Shown piece after piece: positions 18,741-27,165 of a DNA stretch of 64,000 bases. This DNA is from a virus (taxonomy: Duplodnaviria > Caudoviricetes), in the IMG/VR virus record IMGVR_UViG_3300037455_000467, positions 16,425-80,424 of that record; one strand, 5' to 3'. Every line of letters starts with the position of its first letter. The first letter of the stretch is position 1. The notes below the pieces were generated by a model. The model saw only the letters and a program-made list of their open reading frames with translations, ran no database searches and was not told the origin of the DNA. A program made the translations under genes and the position numbers.

Positions 18741-19637
18741 CTATGAAGCGGCCTGTAAATATCTAATAGATTGTCTATTCTTACTATTTGTACTAGATTT
18801 ACGATTAGTAGAAGATTTTGGAGTTGATGTAGTCTTACGCTGAGTAGTTGCTGAGGTATTAGATTTCTTAGTTGTAGTTGAAGAATTTTGTTTAGGTTGT
18901 TCATCAGTATTAAATTGTTCATAAACAGCTTGAGCAGCTTTACGAGCCTCACGTGCTTTACGTACTTCATTCATAGTCTCTACAGTACGTCCACCATTAC
19001 GCTCTTCTTCTGCCATCTTCTTTTTAAGGTCATCGATACGTTTCTTAGCAGCATCAAGATCTTGCTTAGCTACGTCACGTGCTTTAGTTTTTCCATACTT
19101 ATTAATAAGATTATCATAAACTTTCTTACCAGTAGACTCGTAATGTTGTTTAGATTTTACAGAACCAGCATCAGCTGCTTGTTTAGCTTGACGTTGTCTT
19201 TGATATTGTTCTTCGCGCTGCCTATCGCCACGAGATTCATATTCTTGTTTTGCTTTACTTCCAGCATCAGTTTCTCTTTTAAAATTATTAGCATAGTCTT
19301 TAACACGATCTTTATATTCTTTAGCAGACTCTGCTTGTTTCTTCCATGAATCAACATAGCTATCCATCATTTTATTTTGAGCATATAAAGCTGCTCCGCC
19401 TAAAGCTACACTTCCTGCTACTAATCCAGCAGTTTTAAGAGCTGCTTTTTGTGACTTAGTAAGACCTCTACGCTTCTTACTAGTCTGTCGATCATGGACT
19501 TTACCTTTAGCAGTTCGAGTACCATCAGGATTCTGATATCTACGAACTCCCCATTTCATACCTTTTATGCCGTGATGAGAAATATAATCTACATCAAGTT
19601 GATCAACAAATGTTGGAGTATAATACACTACATACAC
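18741..19637 (-). CDS. HHG-leader protein 1 (TM helix, charged coiled coil, S/T/K tail)
   Basis: YISHHGIKGMKWGVRRYQNPDG; AGLVAGSVALGGAALYA. Confidence 0.8.
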   Translation of the reverse strand: MYVVYYTPTFVDQLDVDYISHHGIKGMKWGVRRYQNPDGTRTAKGKVHDRQTSKKRRGLTKSQKAALKTAGLVAGSVALGGAALYAQNKMMDSYVDSWKKQAESAKEYKDRVKDYANNFKRETDAGSKAKQEYESRGDRQREEQYQRQRQAKQAADAGSVKSKQHYESTGKKVYDNLINKYGKTKARDVAKQDLDAAKKRIDDLKKKMAEEERNGGRTVETMNEVRKAREARKAAQAVYEQFNTDEQPKQNSSTTTKKSNTSATTQRKTTSTPKSSTNRKSSTNSKNRQSIRYLQAAS

Positions 19638-19640
19638 CTC

Positions 19641-20126
19641 CTAAATATCAATAGTTCCAAGAGATTCTTTACTATAGGCTTTACGACCACCAGCCCATAC
19701 GCCATTCTTAACTTTATTCATATTATAGTCAGGCGATGCTAATGCTGAATATACTCCAAGTTCTCCACGCTTAGCTACAAATCTAACTACTCGTCCAGAT
19801 GGTGCTGGAATATCCTCAACTCGTTCATTCATTAGTCGAGCCATCTCACGATTATATTGATTGATAGCATTTTTGCTCATGAGTCCACGACTAGTATAAT
19901 ATCCACCTTGACGCTGAAGTTGTTTATCATACTGCTTCATGTCTTTAGCAACAAGTTTTTCAGTTTTCTTTTGAATCTTATTAGCATTTCTTTTTGCCCA
20001 TTTAGCATCTTGCTTTTGCAAATGCTTAACACCAGCAGGAGTTAAAGATCCGTCTTCATTTTGATATCGTCTAACGCCCCACCGTTGTCCTTTAATTCCG
20101 TGATGCATTAAATATAAGTCATTCAT
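19641..20126 (-). CDS. HHG-leader protein 2
   Basis: YLMHHGIKGQRWGVRRYQNEDGSLT. Confidence 0.8.
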   Translation of the reverse strand: MNDLYLMHHGIKGQRWGVRRYQNEDGSLTPAGVKHLQKQDAKWAKRNANKIQKKTEKLVAKDMKQYDKQLQRQGGYYTSRGLMSKNAINQYNREMARLMNERVEDIPAPSGRVVRFVAKRGELGVYSALASPDYNMNKVKNGVWAGGRKAYSKESLGTIDI

Positions 20127-20128
20127 AG

Positions 20129-21026
20129 CTATAGCATACCAACCATTCTTCTTCCAGCAGTATATGCTTTACTTTTATATACTTCACCCATAGTAGTACG
20201 ATATGATCCTTCAGATATAATAGAATCCATATTAAATACTATAACAGGACTTTGCGCTTGAACTGAATTATATAATGCATCATTCGTGTCTAATACCGCA
20301 TCGTATCCATTTTTTTTTTAATTCATTAAAAAACTTAGCTCTTTGCGTAGCAACATCTTTTGCATATTTTTTATTACCTCCAGCATCAGATGGAATGGCA
20401 TGATTAAATATTGGATAAATATCATTTAAATCTTTATCTGTCGGAATATAATTTGGATCTTTTAAACGATCCATTGCTGCTCTTCCACGAGCATATCCTG
20501 GACTAATTTTATGAACGCCATCTTCAAAACGAGCTCTAAGCCTATTTTCATCAGTTACAAAATTATAAAAGTCTCTATCATTTTCATATAATTTTCTAAA
20601 AGCTTTTGCTCCACTATCTTCTGATGCAACTTTAATTTCTTTATTCGCTTTATTTTGAATAGAATATTTATAAAAATTACCAGTTCCTATATTATTTCCA
20701 TTATCATCATAAATTGGCATAGGTGCTGGTTTATCAAAAAATTCTTTGTAATGATCAATATCTGCTTTTGTATGCGATGCAAAAAACATGTCAGTATTTG
20801 ATGTACGATTTTTATCATAAGATAATGTTTTAAAAACAGTACCTTCTTGTAATACATTATCATAATGTTTTTTATTATATCTACTATATTTTTTCTTGCG
20901 TTCTGCTTTTATAGCTTTTTGTTCTGTTTTACTATATGATCCACCTTTTAATGGATATGGTGGTCCATTACGTGTCCCCCATTTTTGACCAAGAATTCCA
21001 TGATGCATTAAATATAAGTCATTCAT
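20129..21026 (-). pseudogene. HHG-leader protein 3, frameshifted at an A10 tract (possible ART-like cargo)
   Basis: YLMHHGILGQKWGTRNGPPYPL; removing one A at 20310-20319 gives ...ELKKNGYDAVLDTND...VGML ending at TAG 20129, 2 nt before next ATG. Confidence 0.7.
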
Positions 21027-21030
21027 ACAC

Positions 21031-21435
21031 TCACCTATTTTCTTCAATGCCATAAACATTATTAATAGGATCGTATGTTAAATGTTTATCTTTTAAATTC
21101 ATTTTAGACATTAATTTTTTAACACGTTCAATATCTTTTTGATTTGTTTTAGCCCACTTTATAGCAGCATCTTCTGTTTGTTTCATTTGTTTTTTCATGT
21201 ATGATTTTTTATATAATTGTGGATATCGTTTAGCTTGAGCTTCCATTCTACCACGAGCAGATGCATTATCTAGCATTTGTGCATTAGAATACGCTTCTCG
21301 TCTAGCAGCTTTATTAAGTTTTTTTAAATATCTTTTTTCACCAGCAGGAGTAAGAGTCCCATCATAGTTTTCATAGCGACGTACACCCCAATGCATGCCT
21401 TTAATCCCATGATGCATTAAATATAAATCATTCAT
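21031..21435 (-). CDS. HHG-leader protein 4
   Basis: YLMHHGIKGMHWGVRRYENYDGTLT. Confidence 0.8.
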   Translation of the reverse strand: MNDLYLMHHGIKGMHWGVRRYENYDGTLTPAGEKRYLKKLNKAARREAYSNAQMLDNASARGRMEAQAKRYPQLYKKSYMKKQMKQTEDAAIKWAKTNQKDIERVKKLMSKMNLKDKHLTYDPINNVYGIEENR

Positions 21436-21462
21436 TGCACCTCAATTCAAACTTCGAAAAAA

Positions 21463-21489
21463 CATAGAGCTAGTAAATTTAGCTCTATG
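21463..21489 (-). terminator. intrinsic terminator
   Basis: CATAGAGCTA/TAGCTCTATG 10-bp stem then TTTTTT. Confidence 0.75.
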
Positions 21490-21498
21490 CTATAGGAT

Positions 21499-21816
21499 TT
21501 AATCCAACTTAATGTATGGATACTCACGAGTTATAAAATCTTTAACAATGACTCGCAGGCAGTCACAATCAGTTTTATCCTCAAGAATTTGATCTAAATC
21601 TTTCTTAAGAAACAGCTTTTTAGTTTCAAGCTCCATTATTTTATTCCGTCGACAAGTGATCTCATCTTTAATATCACTAATTTGCTGATCGTAATTATCA
21701 ATCATAGCTTGAACTTCATCGGCTTTCTTTGAATAATAGTCAAATTCCTTACTGAATTCACCATAATATTCAACTGCAACATCACGTGTTGATTTTACTC
21801 CACTCATAAATATCAC
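21499..21816 (-). CDS. small coiled-coil protein in its own promoter-terminator cassette
   Basis: GGAGGTG SD; heptads. Confidence 0.65.
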   Translation of the reverse strand: MIFMSGVKSTRDVAVEYYGEFSKEFDYYSKKADEVQAMIDNYDQQISDIKDEITCRRNKIMELETKKLFLKKDLDQILEDKTDCDCLRVIVKDFITREYPYIKLD

Positions 21817-21837
21817 CTCCTTTTAACGGATGTCAAT

Positions 21838-21865
21838 CCTATAAAAGAGGCAGTATTTATTGCGA
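21838..21865 (-). promoter_or_regulatory. TCGCA-N14-TWWWAT-AG motif copy 4
   Basis: TCGCA ataaatactgcctc TTTTAT AGG. Confidence 0.6.
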
Positions 21866-21875
21866 AAAATATCAA

Positions 21876-22034
21876 CTATTTAGTTTTATCTTGAAGATCA
21901 GAAAGCTTATGGAACAGCATTTTTCTTTTGAATACTAAATCACAAATTGCCTTGTCGAGATTCGAAATATCTTCTTTAACGTTTCGAATCTCATCAAATA
22001 TAATAGATTTGTCATCAGACTCATTATAAGCCAT
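21876..22034 (-). CDS. 52-aa coiled-coil protein (not in ORF track)
   Basis: AGGAG SD; MAYNESDDKSIIFDEIRNVKEDISNLDK...DKTK. Confidence 0.6.
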   Translation of the reverse strand: MAYNESDDKSIIFDEIRNVKEDISNLDKAICDLVFKRKMLFHKLSDLQDKTK

Positions 22035-22114
22035 GATTACCACTGCTCCTTAAAATTGTAAAAAGAAAGTAATGGTAATTTCTACCACAACTCTCTTTTT
22101 TGGTTAAATCATTG

Positions 22115-22327
22115 TTACATCCATAACGGATATCTCATAATTATATTGTATTCTTCTCTAGAAAGCAAGCTCAATAGATAAGATGCTTGCTTATCATTGA
22201 TCACACTCCAACATCCCATAAAATATCCTTCGCTGTAAGTCTTTGCAGCTTTGATATCAATTTTGTTGTTGAATGATCGCCAATTAGCAATCATTCTTTG
22301 AACTGCTTTCTTTTCTCTTCTTTTCAT
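22115..22327 (-). CDS. hypothetical protein
   Basis: GGAGG SD; follows promoter motif. Confidence 0.6.
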   Translation of the reverse strand: MKRREKKAVQRMIANWRSFNNKIDIKAAKTYSEGYFMGCWSVINDKQASYLLSLLSREEYNIIMRYPLWM

Positions 22328-22366
22328 ACTTCCTCCTAAATATCCGTGAGATCCACATTGATCTCT

Positions 22367-22393
22367 CCTATAAAGAGGTAGTATTTATTGCGA
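22367..22393 (-). promoter_or_regulatory. TCGCA motif copy 5 (1 nt shorter)
   Basis: TCGCA ataaatactacctc TTTAT AGG; spacer near-identical to copy 4. Confidence 0.6.
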
Positions 22394-22399
22394 AAAATA

Positions 22400-22672
22400 T
22401 CACACAACATTTCTAGAAACAATTTTCCAATCAAGATAACGATAACAATTATCGTATACTTCTTTATAACAAATAGACACTTGCATTTCATCTGGATTTA
22501 TTATTACATCTCTAATATGCATTAGGCCTTTATTATGTATGTAAAAAAAGCCATCTAAATCTTTTTCTATATGAAGCCAAGCATCTTCTATTTTAAAATA
22601 TAAATTGGGATAACAAACTGAATCCATGTCAAATCTTAATACAGATCGTTTTTTAATTTCGAAAACTCTCAT
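22400..22672 (-). CDS. hypothetical protein, tandem paralog of 22678..22950
   Basis: shared LYFKIEDAW and IINP..MQV.I.YKE. Confidence 0.65.
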   Translation of the reverse strand: MRVFEIKKRSVLRFDMDSVCYPNLYFKIEDAWLHIEKDLDGFFYIHNKGLMHIRDVIINPDEMQVSICYKEVYDNCYRYLDWKIVSRNVV

Positions 22673-22677
22673 AACTA

Positions 22678-22950
22678 TTATCTAACCTCTCTATGAATAA
22701 TATCAAAACAGGTATATTGATAATAATCATAATAAGTTTCTTTATATATAATACATACTTGCATTTTAGTTGGATTAATTATAATATTATGAATATGAAT
22801 GGCGCCCATATCATGACTTCGAAATTCCATCTCTAAATGCTTACCAATTTCAGTCCAAGCATCTTCTATTTTAAAATATAAATACAAATCACGGTCACTA
22901 ACCTCGTATGATTGCATTACTTTACGTCTCTTAATTTCCCAAACATCCAT
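22678..22950 (-). CDS. hypothetical protein, tandem paralog of 22400..22672
   Basis: shared LYFKIEDAW; 29-bp identical DNA. Confidence 0.65.
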   Translation of the reverse strand: MDVWEIKRRKVMQSYEVSDRDLYLYFKIEDAWTEIGKHLEMEFRSHDMGAIHIHNIIINPTKMQVCIIYKETYYDYYQYTCFDIIHREVR

Positions 22951-22979
22951 GATTTCTCCAGAATTATTTAATCATAATT

Positions 22980-23543
22980 TTATTGATTCTTTCTAGAATA
23001 TCCATATACCGACCATTCATCATTGCTTTTATCAGCTTCATATTCAAAACCAACTTTTTCAGCAATATGAGTAGAGCCAGTATTCTCTTTATAAGCTCCC
23101 CAGCCAAGATAAGTAGCACCATATTTGTCTGCATTTTTATCAAACCAGTTGACGCCTTGCTGAGCTAATTTTAATGCTCGTCCCTGACCTCTATAATTAG
23201 GATCAGTACCGACAGCTACAGTTAAATGACCTTCACGAGTTGTTGTCATAATATCAAGAAAAGCTACTGGAATATCACCATCTTTTTCTAAAAATCGTTT
23301 AACAACATACTCGCCTTCTTGAAGTGTTAAGAATTCGTTAGATCCTTCATCATCACCAAGAAGATATTTATCTTTTTTGGACATAGAATTATAGATACGA
23401 TCTACATCATTTTTAGTCTTAGCAGCACGCTGCATTCGTCTATGATAAATACCTTCTTCAGTCAAAGATCCATCAGCATTCTGATAACGTCTAACACCCC
23501 ATTTCATGCCTTTTACGCCATGATGAGCTAAATATATATTCAT
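22980..23543 (-). CDS. HHG-leader protein 5 with GNAT acetyltransferase domain
   Basis: YLAHHGVKGMKWGVRRYQN; VAVGTDPNYRGQGRA (motif A) and ENTGSTHIAEKVGF (motif B). Confidence 0.8.
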   Translation of the reverse strand: MNIYLAHHGVKGMKWGVRRYQNADGSLTEEGIYHRRMQRAAKTKNDVDRIYNSMSKKDKYLLGDDEGSNEFLTLQEGEYVVKRFLEKDGDIPVAFLDIMTTTREGHLTVAVGTDPNYRGQGRALKLAQQGVNWFDKNADKYGATYLGWGAYKENTGSTHIAEKVGFEYEADKSNDEWSVYGYSRKNQ

Positions 23544-23571
23544 GAGTAAAAGTCCTTACTAAAAATATAAA

Positions 23572-23599
23572 GCTAGCCGTAAATTTCTTCACAGCTAGC
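23572..23599 (-). terminator. intrinsic terminator
   Basis: GCTAGCTGT/ACGGCTAGC stem then TTTATATTTTT. Confidence 0.7.
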
Positions 23600-23615
23600 C
23601 TTATAGAAACTAACT

Positions 23616-23912
23616 TTAATCCTCTTGAGAGAATTTTTCTTTATACTTCATTACAGCAGTTCGCTCCATGAACATCTTAGCACCTTCATGGGTGAGCCTA
23701 TCTATTTCAGATTTAACGACACAACGATCTCTTTTTAAAGTATCAAGCTCGTTCTCTAAGGTCTCAATAGCATCCTCAAGCTGATCGAACTTAATTTTGA
23801 GTTCGTGTTTCTCATCATCTTTAGCATTGACTCGTTCATGAATATCATCTAAGATCTCTTCACAAAGTCCAACTATGTGATAATTTATACTCATAACTAA
23901 CCTCCTCTCCAC
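23616..23912 (-). CDS. small coiled-coil protein in promoter-terminator cassette
   Basis: GGAGG SD before internal ATG; heptads. Confidence 0.6.
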   Translation of the reverse strand: MERRLVMSINYHIVGLCEEILDDIHERVNAKDDEKHELKIKFDQLEDAIETLENELDTLKRDRCVVKSEIDRLTHEGAKMFMERTAVMKYKEKFSQED

Positions 23913-23931
23913 AATAGTCTTTCTGTCAGTT

Positions 23932-23959
23932 CCTATTATAGAAGAAGTTAGTTTTGCGA
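23932..23959 (-). promoter_or_regulatory. TCGCA-N14-TWWWAT-AG motif copy 6
   Basis: TCGCA aaactaacttcttc TATAAT AGG. Confidence 0.65.
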
Positions 23960-23969
23960 GAAAAAAGAA

Positions 23970-23999
23970 AAGGTGGTTAATGATTCAACTAACCACCTT
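23970..23999 (-). terminator. intrinsic terminator
   Basis: AAGGTGGTTA/TAACCACCTT 10-bp stem then TTCTTTTTT. Confidence 0.75.
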
Positions 24000-24017
24000 A
24001 AATCTTAGAATATAATT

Positions 24018-24497
24018 TTAGATTGACGGTCGAACCAACTGGCTCATTCCATTAACAAGTCTTTGAGGAACTGTACTATTCCTTTCAAGACCAATCCAGA
24101 AAGCTAGAATAATACCATATGTTACAATGCCACCCATTTTTAACATGGTTTGCGAATATCCATCTTGTCTCTTGTTTTGCGCTTCTATTATCTGAAGCTT
24201 TATTTTGTCTTTTTCAGAACTTCCTTTCTCAAGGGAATTCAGAATATCACTTAAAACTTTCAGATTATTTGCTGCCATTTGATACTCAGGTGTATCAGCA
24301 TGCAATGTTGACATTGTACTGATGGCATTAACCATCTCTTCCTTTATTAGTTCTTTGATTTTTTCATAATCTAATTCACTCTCATCTTCGTTAATAGATA
24401 CAGCAACTTTGGTTACCGATCCATTATTGTATCCCAAAAGATTTAATAATGTTGGTGAATTTACCATACCTTTTCCTTTCGTCCTAGGAAGAATCAT
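24018..24497 (-). CDS. membrane-anchored hypothetical phage protein
   Basis: coiled coil then IVTYGIILAFWIGL TM. Confidence 0.6.
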   Translation of the reverse strand: MILPRTKGKGMVNSPTLLNLLGYNNGSVTKVAVSINEDESELDYEKIKELIKEEMVNAISTMSTLHADTPEYQMAANNLKVLSDILNSLEKGSSEKDKIKLQIIEAQNKRQDGYSQTMLKMGGIVTYGIILAFWIGLERNSTVPQRLVNGMSQLVRPSI

Positions 24498-24514
24498 TCT
24501 CTTCGATTCTTCTC

Positions 24515-24542
24515 TCCTTTATAGAAAAAGTATTTTTTGCGG
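24515..24542 (-). promoter_or_regulatory. motif copy 7 (CCGCA variant)
   Basis: CCGCA aaaaatactttttc TATAAA GGA. Confidence 0.5.
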
Positions 24543-24548
24543 AACTTA

Positions 24549-25478
24549 TTATAACAAATTATTATACTTCTGATCATTACCAGTTGTACGTAATCTCTCC
24601 CAATCAGGCTCTCCATACTTTTCAACATATGACTTGTAACCAACAAAGTCCTTACCATACCGTCTTAAATTACTTTCAAGAACAGCCTTGGTAGCTTTAT
24701 CATAAGTCTTTTGGAATTCTGAAGCACGCTTCTTTTCGCGTTCAACTTCAGCCGCTCTACGCTTATTCTCTGCAGCAGCTTCTTTACGAGCCTTATTACG
24801 CTTCATGCCCCAATAATCAGCTTGCTCTCGTGCTGAATCTCTGTTTCGATTAATATCACGTGCACTAAATGTTGTGTCTTTATTTACAACCTTAGCTTCT
24901 GGACCATTATATCGTCCTTCGCGCATATTATTAACGAATTCTTTACGAGCATCTGAATCTCGAACTGATTTCATAGCATCAGATATCTTAGTTTTTGTTG
25001 CTGCTTTCTGCTGATTCTTAGCAGTCTTCATATTGTTATAATTAGCTCGTGTAAATTGATCTGCTATAGCTTCTCGTTCTTTATCAGTATAACTATAGAA
25101 ACCAGGATTTTCTTTAATTGCTTCATTTGCATACTTCTTAGCAAGATTATACTGGTGAGTATCGCTTACTTTATTAGCGGCCATATTAGCAATATAAGCA
25201 GTAGCAAGAACCCCACCAGCAATTGCAGCACCTTTAGCAATTTTCTTATAAGTCTCTTTAGCTTCATCTGATGTCAACTTTTCTTTAAGAGCATCTCGCT
25301 TTTCTTGTTTAGCAGCTTTACGATCTTGACGATTCTGCCAATATTTAGCATAGCGTTTCTTACCAGCATCTGTGAGTTTTCCTGCAGCAGTTTCATATCT
25401 ACGGACACCCCACTTCATGCCTTTTACGCCATGATGAGCTAAATATAAATCATCAGTATAACTTGGTAAATACTCCAA
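24549..25478 (-). CDS. HHG-leader protein 6 (TM helix, Ala/Lys-rich coiled coil)
   Basis: YLAHHGVKGMKWGVRRYE; GAAIAGGVLATAYIA. Confidence 0.8.
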   Translation of the reverse strand: MEYLPSYTDDLYLAHHGVKGMKWGVRRYETAAGKLTDAGKKRYAKYWQNRQDRKAAKQEKRDALKEKLTSDEAKETYKKIAKGAAIAGGVLATAYIANMAANKVSDTHQYNLAKKYANEAIKENPGFYSYTDKEREAIADQFTRANYNNMKTAKNQQKAATKTKISDAMKSVRDSDARKEFVNNMREGRYNGPEAKVVNKDTTFSARDINRNRDSAREQADYWGMKRNKARKEAAAENKRRAAEVEREKKRASEFQKTYDKATKAVLESNLRRYGKDFVGYKSYVEKYGEPDWERLRTTGNDQKYNNLL

Positions 25479-25493
25479 AATATAAACACCTCC

Positions 25494-26567
25494 TTATCTA
25501 TTAATTCCGAATTGATTCAACAAGTTATTAGTTGCTTCTATTGTTGATTGATTAAGATTACCAATCATCTCAGAAATATCACCGGATTTAACAGATTTAG
25601 CAGCATTGTAAACTGTTTTAGCATCTTGAATAGTCTTTGGAGCATTCTTTATTTTAGATACTGTAGTCTTAGCTTTTTCAAATTGCTCAGCAGTATCATC
25701 AGTATTACGTTCTCTAGTTCTACGTTGTTCATACCGAGCTTGTTCTTTTGCTTTTTTAGAAGCTTCGTTCTTTTCTTTAACAACTGTAGCAATACTTTTT
25801 GCGGCATTACCAGCAGTATTCTTAACGGTGTTGACAGCTTTTTTAGCATTATCGCTATTTAAATACTTGCTAGTGCCGTCTTTAATCGTAGAAATTTGCT
25901 GTGCAAAAATATCACTAGCAGCTTGTTGCTTAGTAGCTGCTGCTCTAGCTTTAGAAGCCTTAGCATTAGCTTCTTTAATAGCATCAGAAGCTCGATGAGA
26001 TGCGGGTTCGACATTCTTTGTTGACTTCTTAGCAATATCAGCAACTTTACTATTCTTAAGCTTACTAGTAGCTGCCTCAATAAGTTGTTTATCCTTACCA
26101 GTTTTGTGAAGAGCATAAGCAGTTCCACCAACTAAAGCAGCTCCTGCAGCAGCTTTAAGTCCCTTTGAAACAATTCCAGATTTAGGAGATCTATTTGAAG
26201 CAACTGCTTTCATGTATTTATTGTGCTTAGCTTTTCTACGAGCACTATTAGCTAAAGATGCTCCAGCACTAGCAGCTGTAGCTCCTGCAACATATGGAGT
26301 AGCTTTATATAAATATGGATTCTTTCTAACAGCAAGTGTAGCAGCTGTTCCAACTACACCTTTAACAGCTGCTTTCTTTAAAGACTTGGATGACTTTTTA
26401 TCATACTTGCTAGCTAGTTTAGCATACTTCTTTCTACCAGCAGGAGTAAGAGTCCCATCATAGTTTTCATAGCGACGTACACCCCATCGCATACCTTTGA
26501 TACCGTGATGAGCTAAATATAAATCATCTACGTATGAAGATGAGTACTCCACATTTAGTACCTCCAA
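25494..26567 (-). CDS. HHG-leader protein 7 (several Gly/Ala TM-like helices, Lys/Ala-rich)
   Basis: YLAHHGIKGMRWGVRRYENYDGTLT; AAAGAALVGGTAYAL. Confidence 0.8.
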   Translation of the reverse strand: MEVLNVEYSSSYVDDLYLAHHGIKGMRWGVRRYENYDGTLTPAGRKKYAKLASKYDKKSSKSLKKAAVKGVVGTAATLAVRKNPYLYKATPYVAGATAASAGASLANSARRKAKHNKYMKAVASNRSPKSGIVSKGLKAAAGAALVGGTAYALHKTGKDKQLIEAATSKLKNSKVADIAKKSTKNVEPASHRASDAIKEANAKASKARAAATKQQAASDIFAQQISTIKDGTSKYLNSDNAKKAVNTVKNTAGNAAKSIATVVKEKNEASKKAKEQARYEQRRTRERNTDDTAEQFEKAKTTVSKIKNAPKTIQDAKTVYNAAKSVKSGDISEMIGNLNQSTIEATNNLLNQFGINR

Positions 26568-26572
26568 ACTTC

Positions 26573-26773
26573 TTACTTATTATTGTAAGCTTTAGTACTA
26601 ATCCCAAGCAATGCACCCATAAAAGTGTCGATTGCAGTAATAGTACCAACAACTTCATTACTATTAGGAAGTCCCCAAATAGCTGCCAAAGTGAAATATA
26701 AAGTTCCTAATGCAGGGAGAACAATCATAGCTATAAATTTTAAAATATCATACGTTTTATTGTCCATTAGCAT
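26573..26773 (-). CDS. holin (Dp-1-type)
   Basis: NKTYDILKFIAMIVLPALGTLY...GTITAIDTFMGALLGIS. Confidence 0.85.
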   Translation of the reverse strand: MLMDNKTYDILKFIAMIVLPALGTLYFTLAAIWGLPNSNEVVGTITAIDTFMGALLGISTKAYNNK

Positions 26774-26831
26774 GACATTCCTCCTTTTGTTTTTATAAAA
26801 AATCCAATCGGGAAAATTTTGGCATTTTGTT

Positions 26832-27020
26832 TTATCTAATTGAAAGACTTATTATGAATATAATTATGATAATAATTGAAAATAAATCGAATAAACATTT
26901 AGAAAAGTAATTATTATTGAAATTGTAATAAAAATCTTCTAAAAATCCACCAGCAAAAATATACAAAGCAATCAGACTGAACGTCATCAAAGTACTTTCT
27001 CTATAAAAATACGAATCCAA
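26832..27020 (-). CDS. small AT-rich membrane protein
   Basis: two hydrophobic stretches; start uncertain. Confidence 0.45.
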   Translation of the reverse strand: MDSYFYRESTLMTFSLIALYIFAGGFLEDFYYNFNNNYFSKCLFDLFSIIIIIIFIISLSIR

Positions 27021-27165
27021 CTATATACATAGTGCCTAATGCTATAAGCACTAAGGTTCCAAAAAATAATACAATATCATACTCTCTAAATCTAGCAACA
27101 AGACATAATACTAATGCTATTGCTAAAAATATAAGCAATAGAAACCAAAATTTTAGAAGTATCAT
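27001..27165 (-). CDS. 54-aa two-TM protein (not in ORF track)
   Basis: MILLKFWFLLLIFLAIALVLCLV...IVGFVFL; ATGA overlap with lysin stop. Confidence 0.55.
   Translation of the reverse strand: MILLKFWFLLLIFLAIALVLCLVARFREYDIVLFFGTLVLIALGTMYIVGFVFL

Noticed and set aside
18668-18970. 100-aa minus-strand ORF and similar nested alternate-frame ORFs (19157, 25649, 25859, 57424, 58978, 60100, 60601)
   Set aside because: Off-frame overlaps within low-complexity real genes; Leu/Lys/Asn-rich, no SD
20280-21059. 259-aa ORF as given in the track
   Set aside because: True start is probably ATG 21026 and the stop is produced by the A10 frameshift
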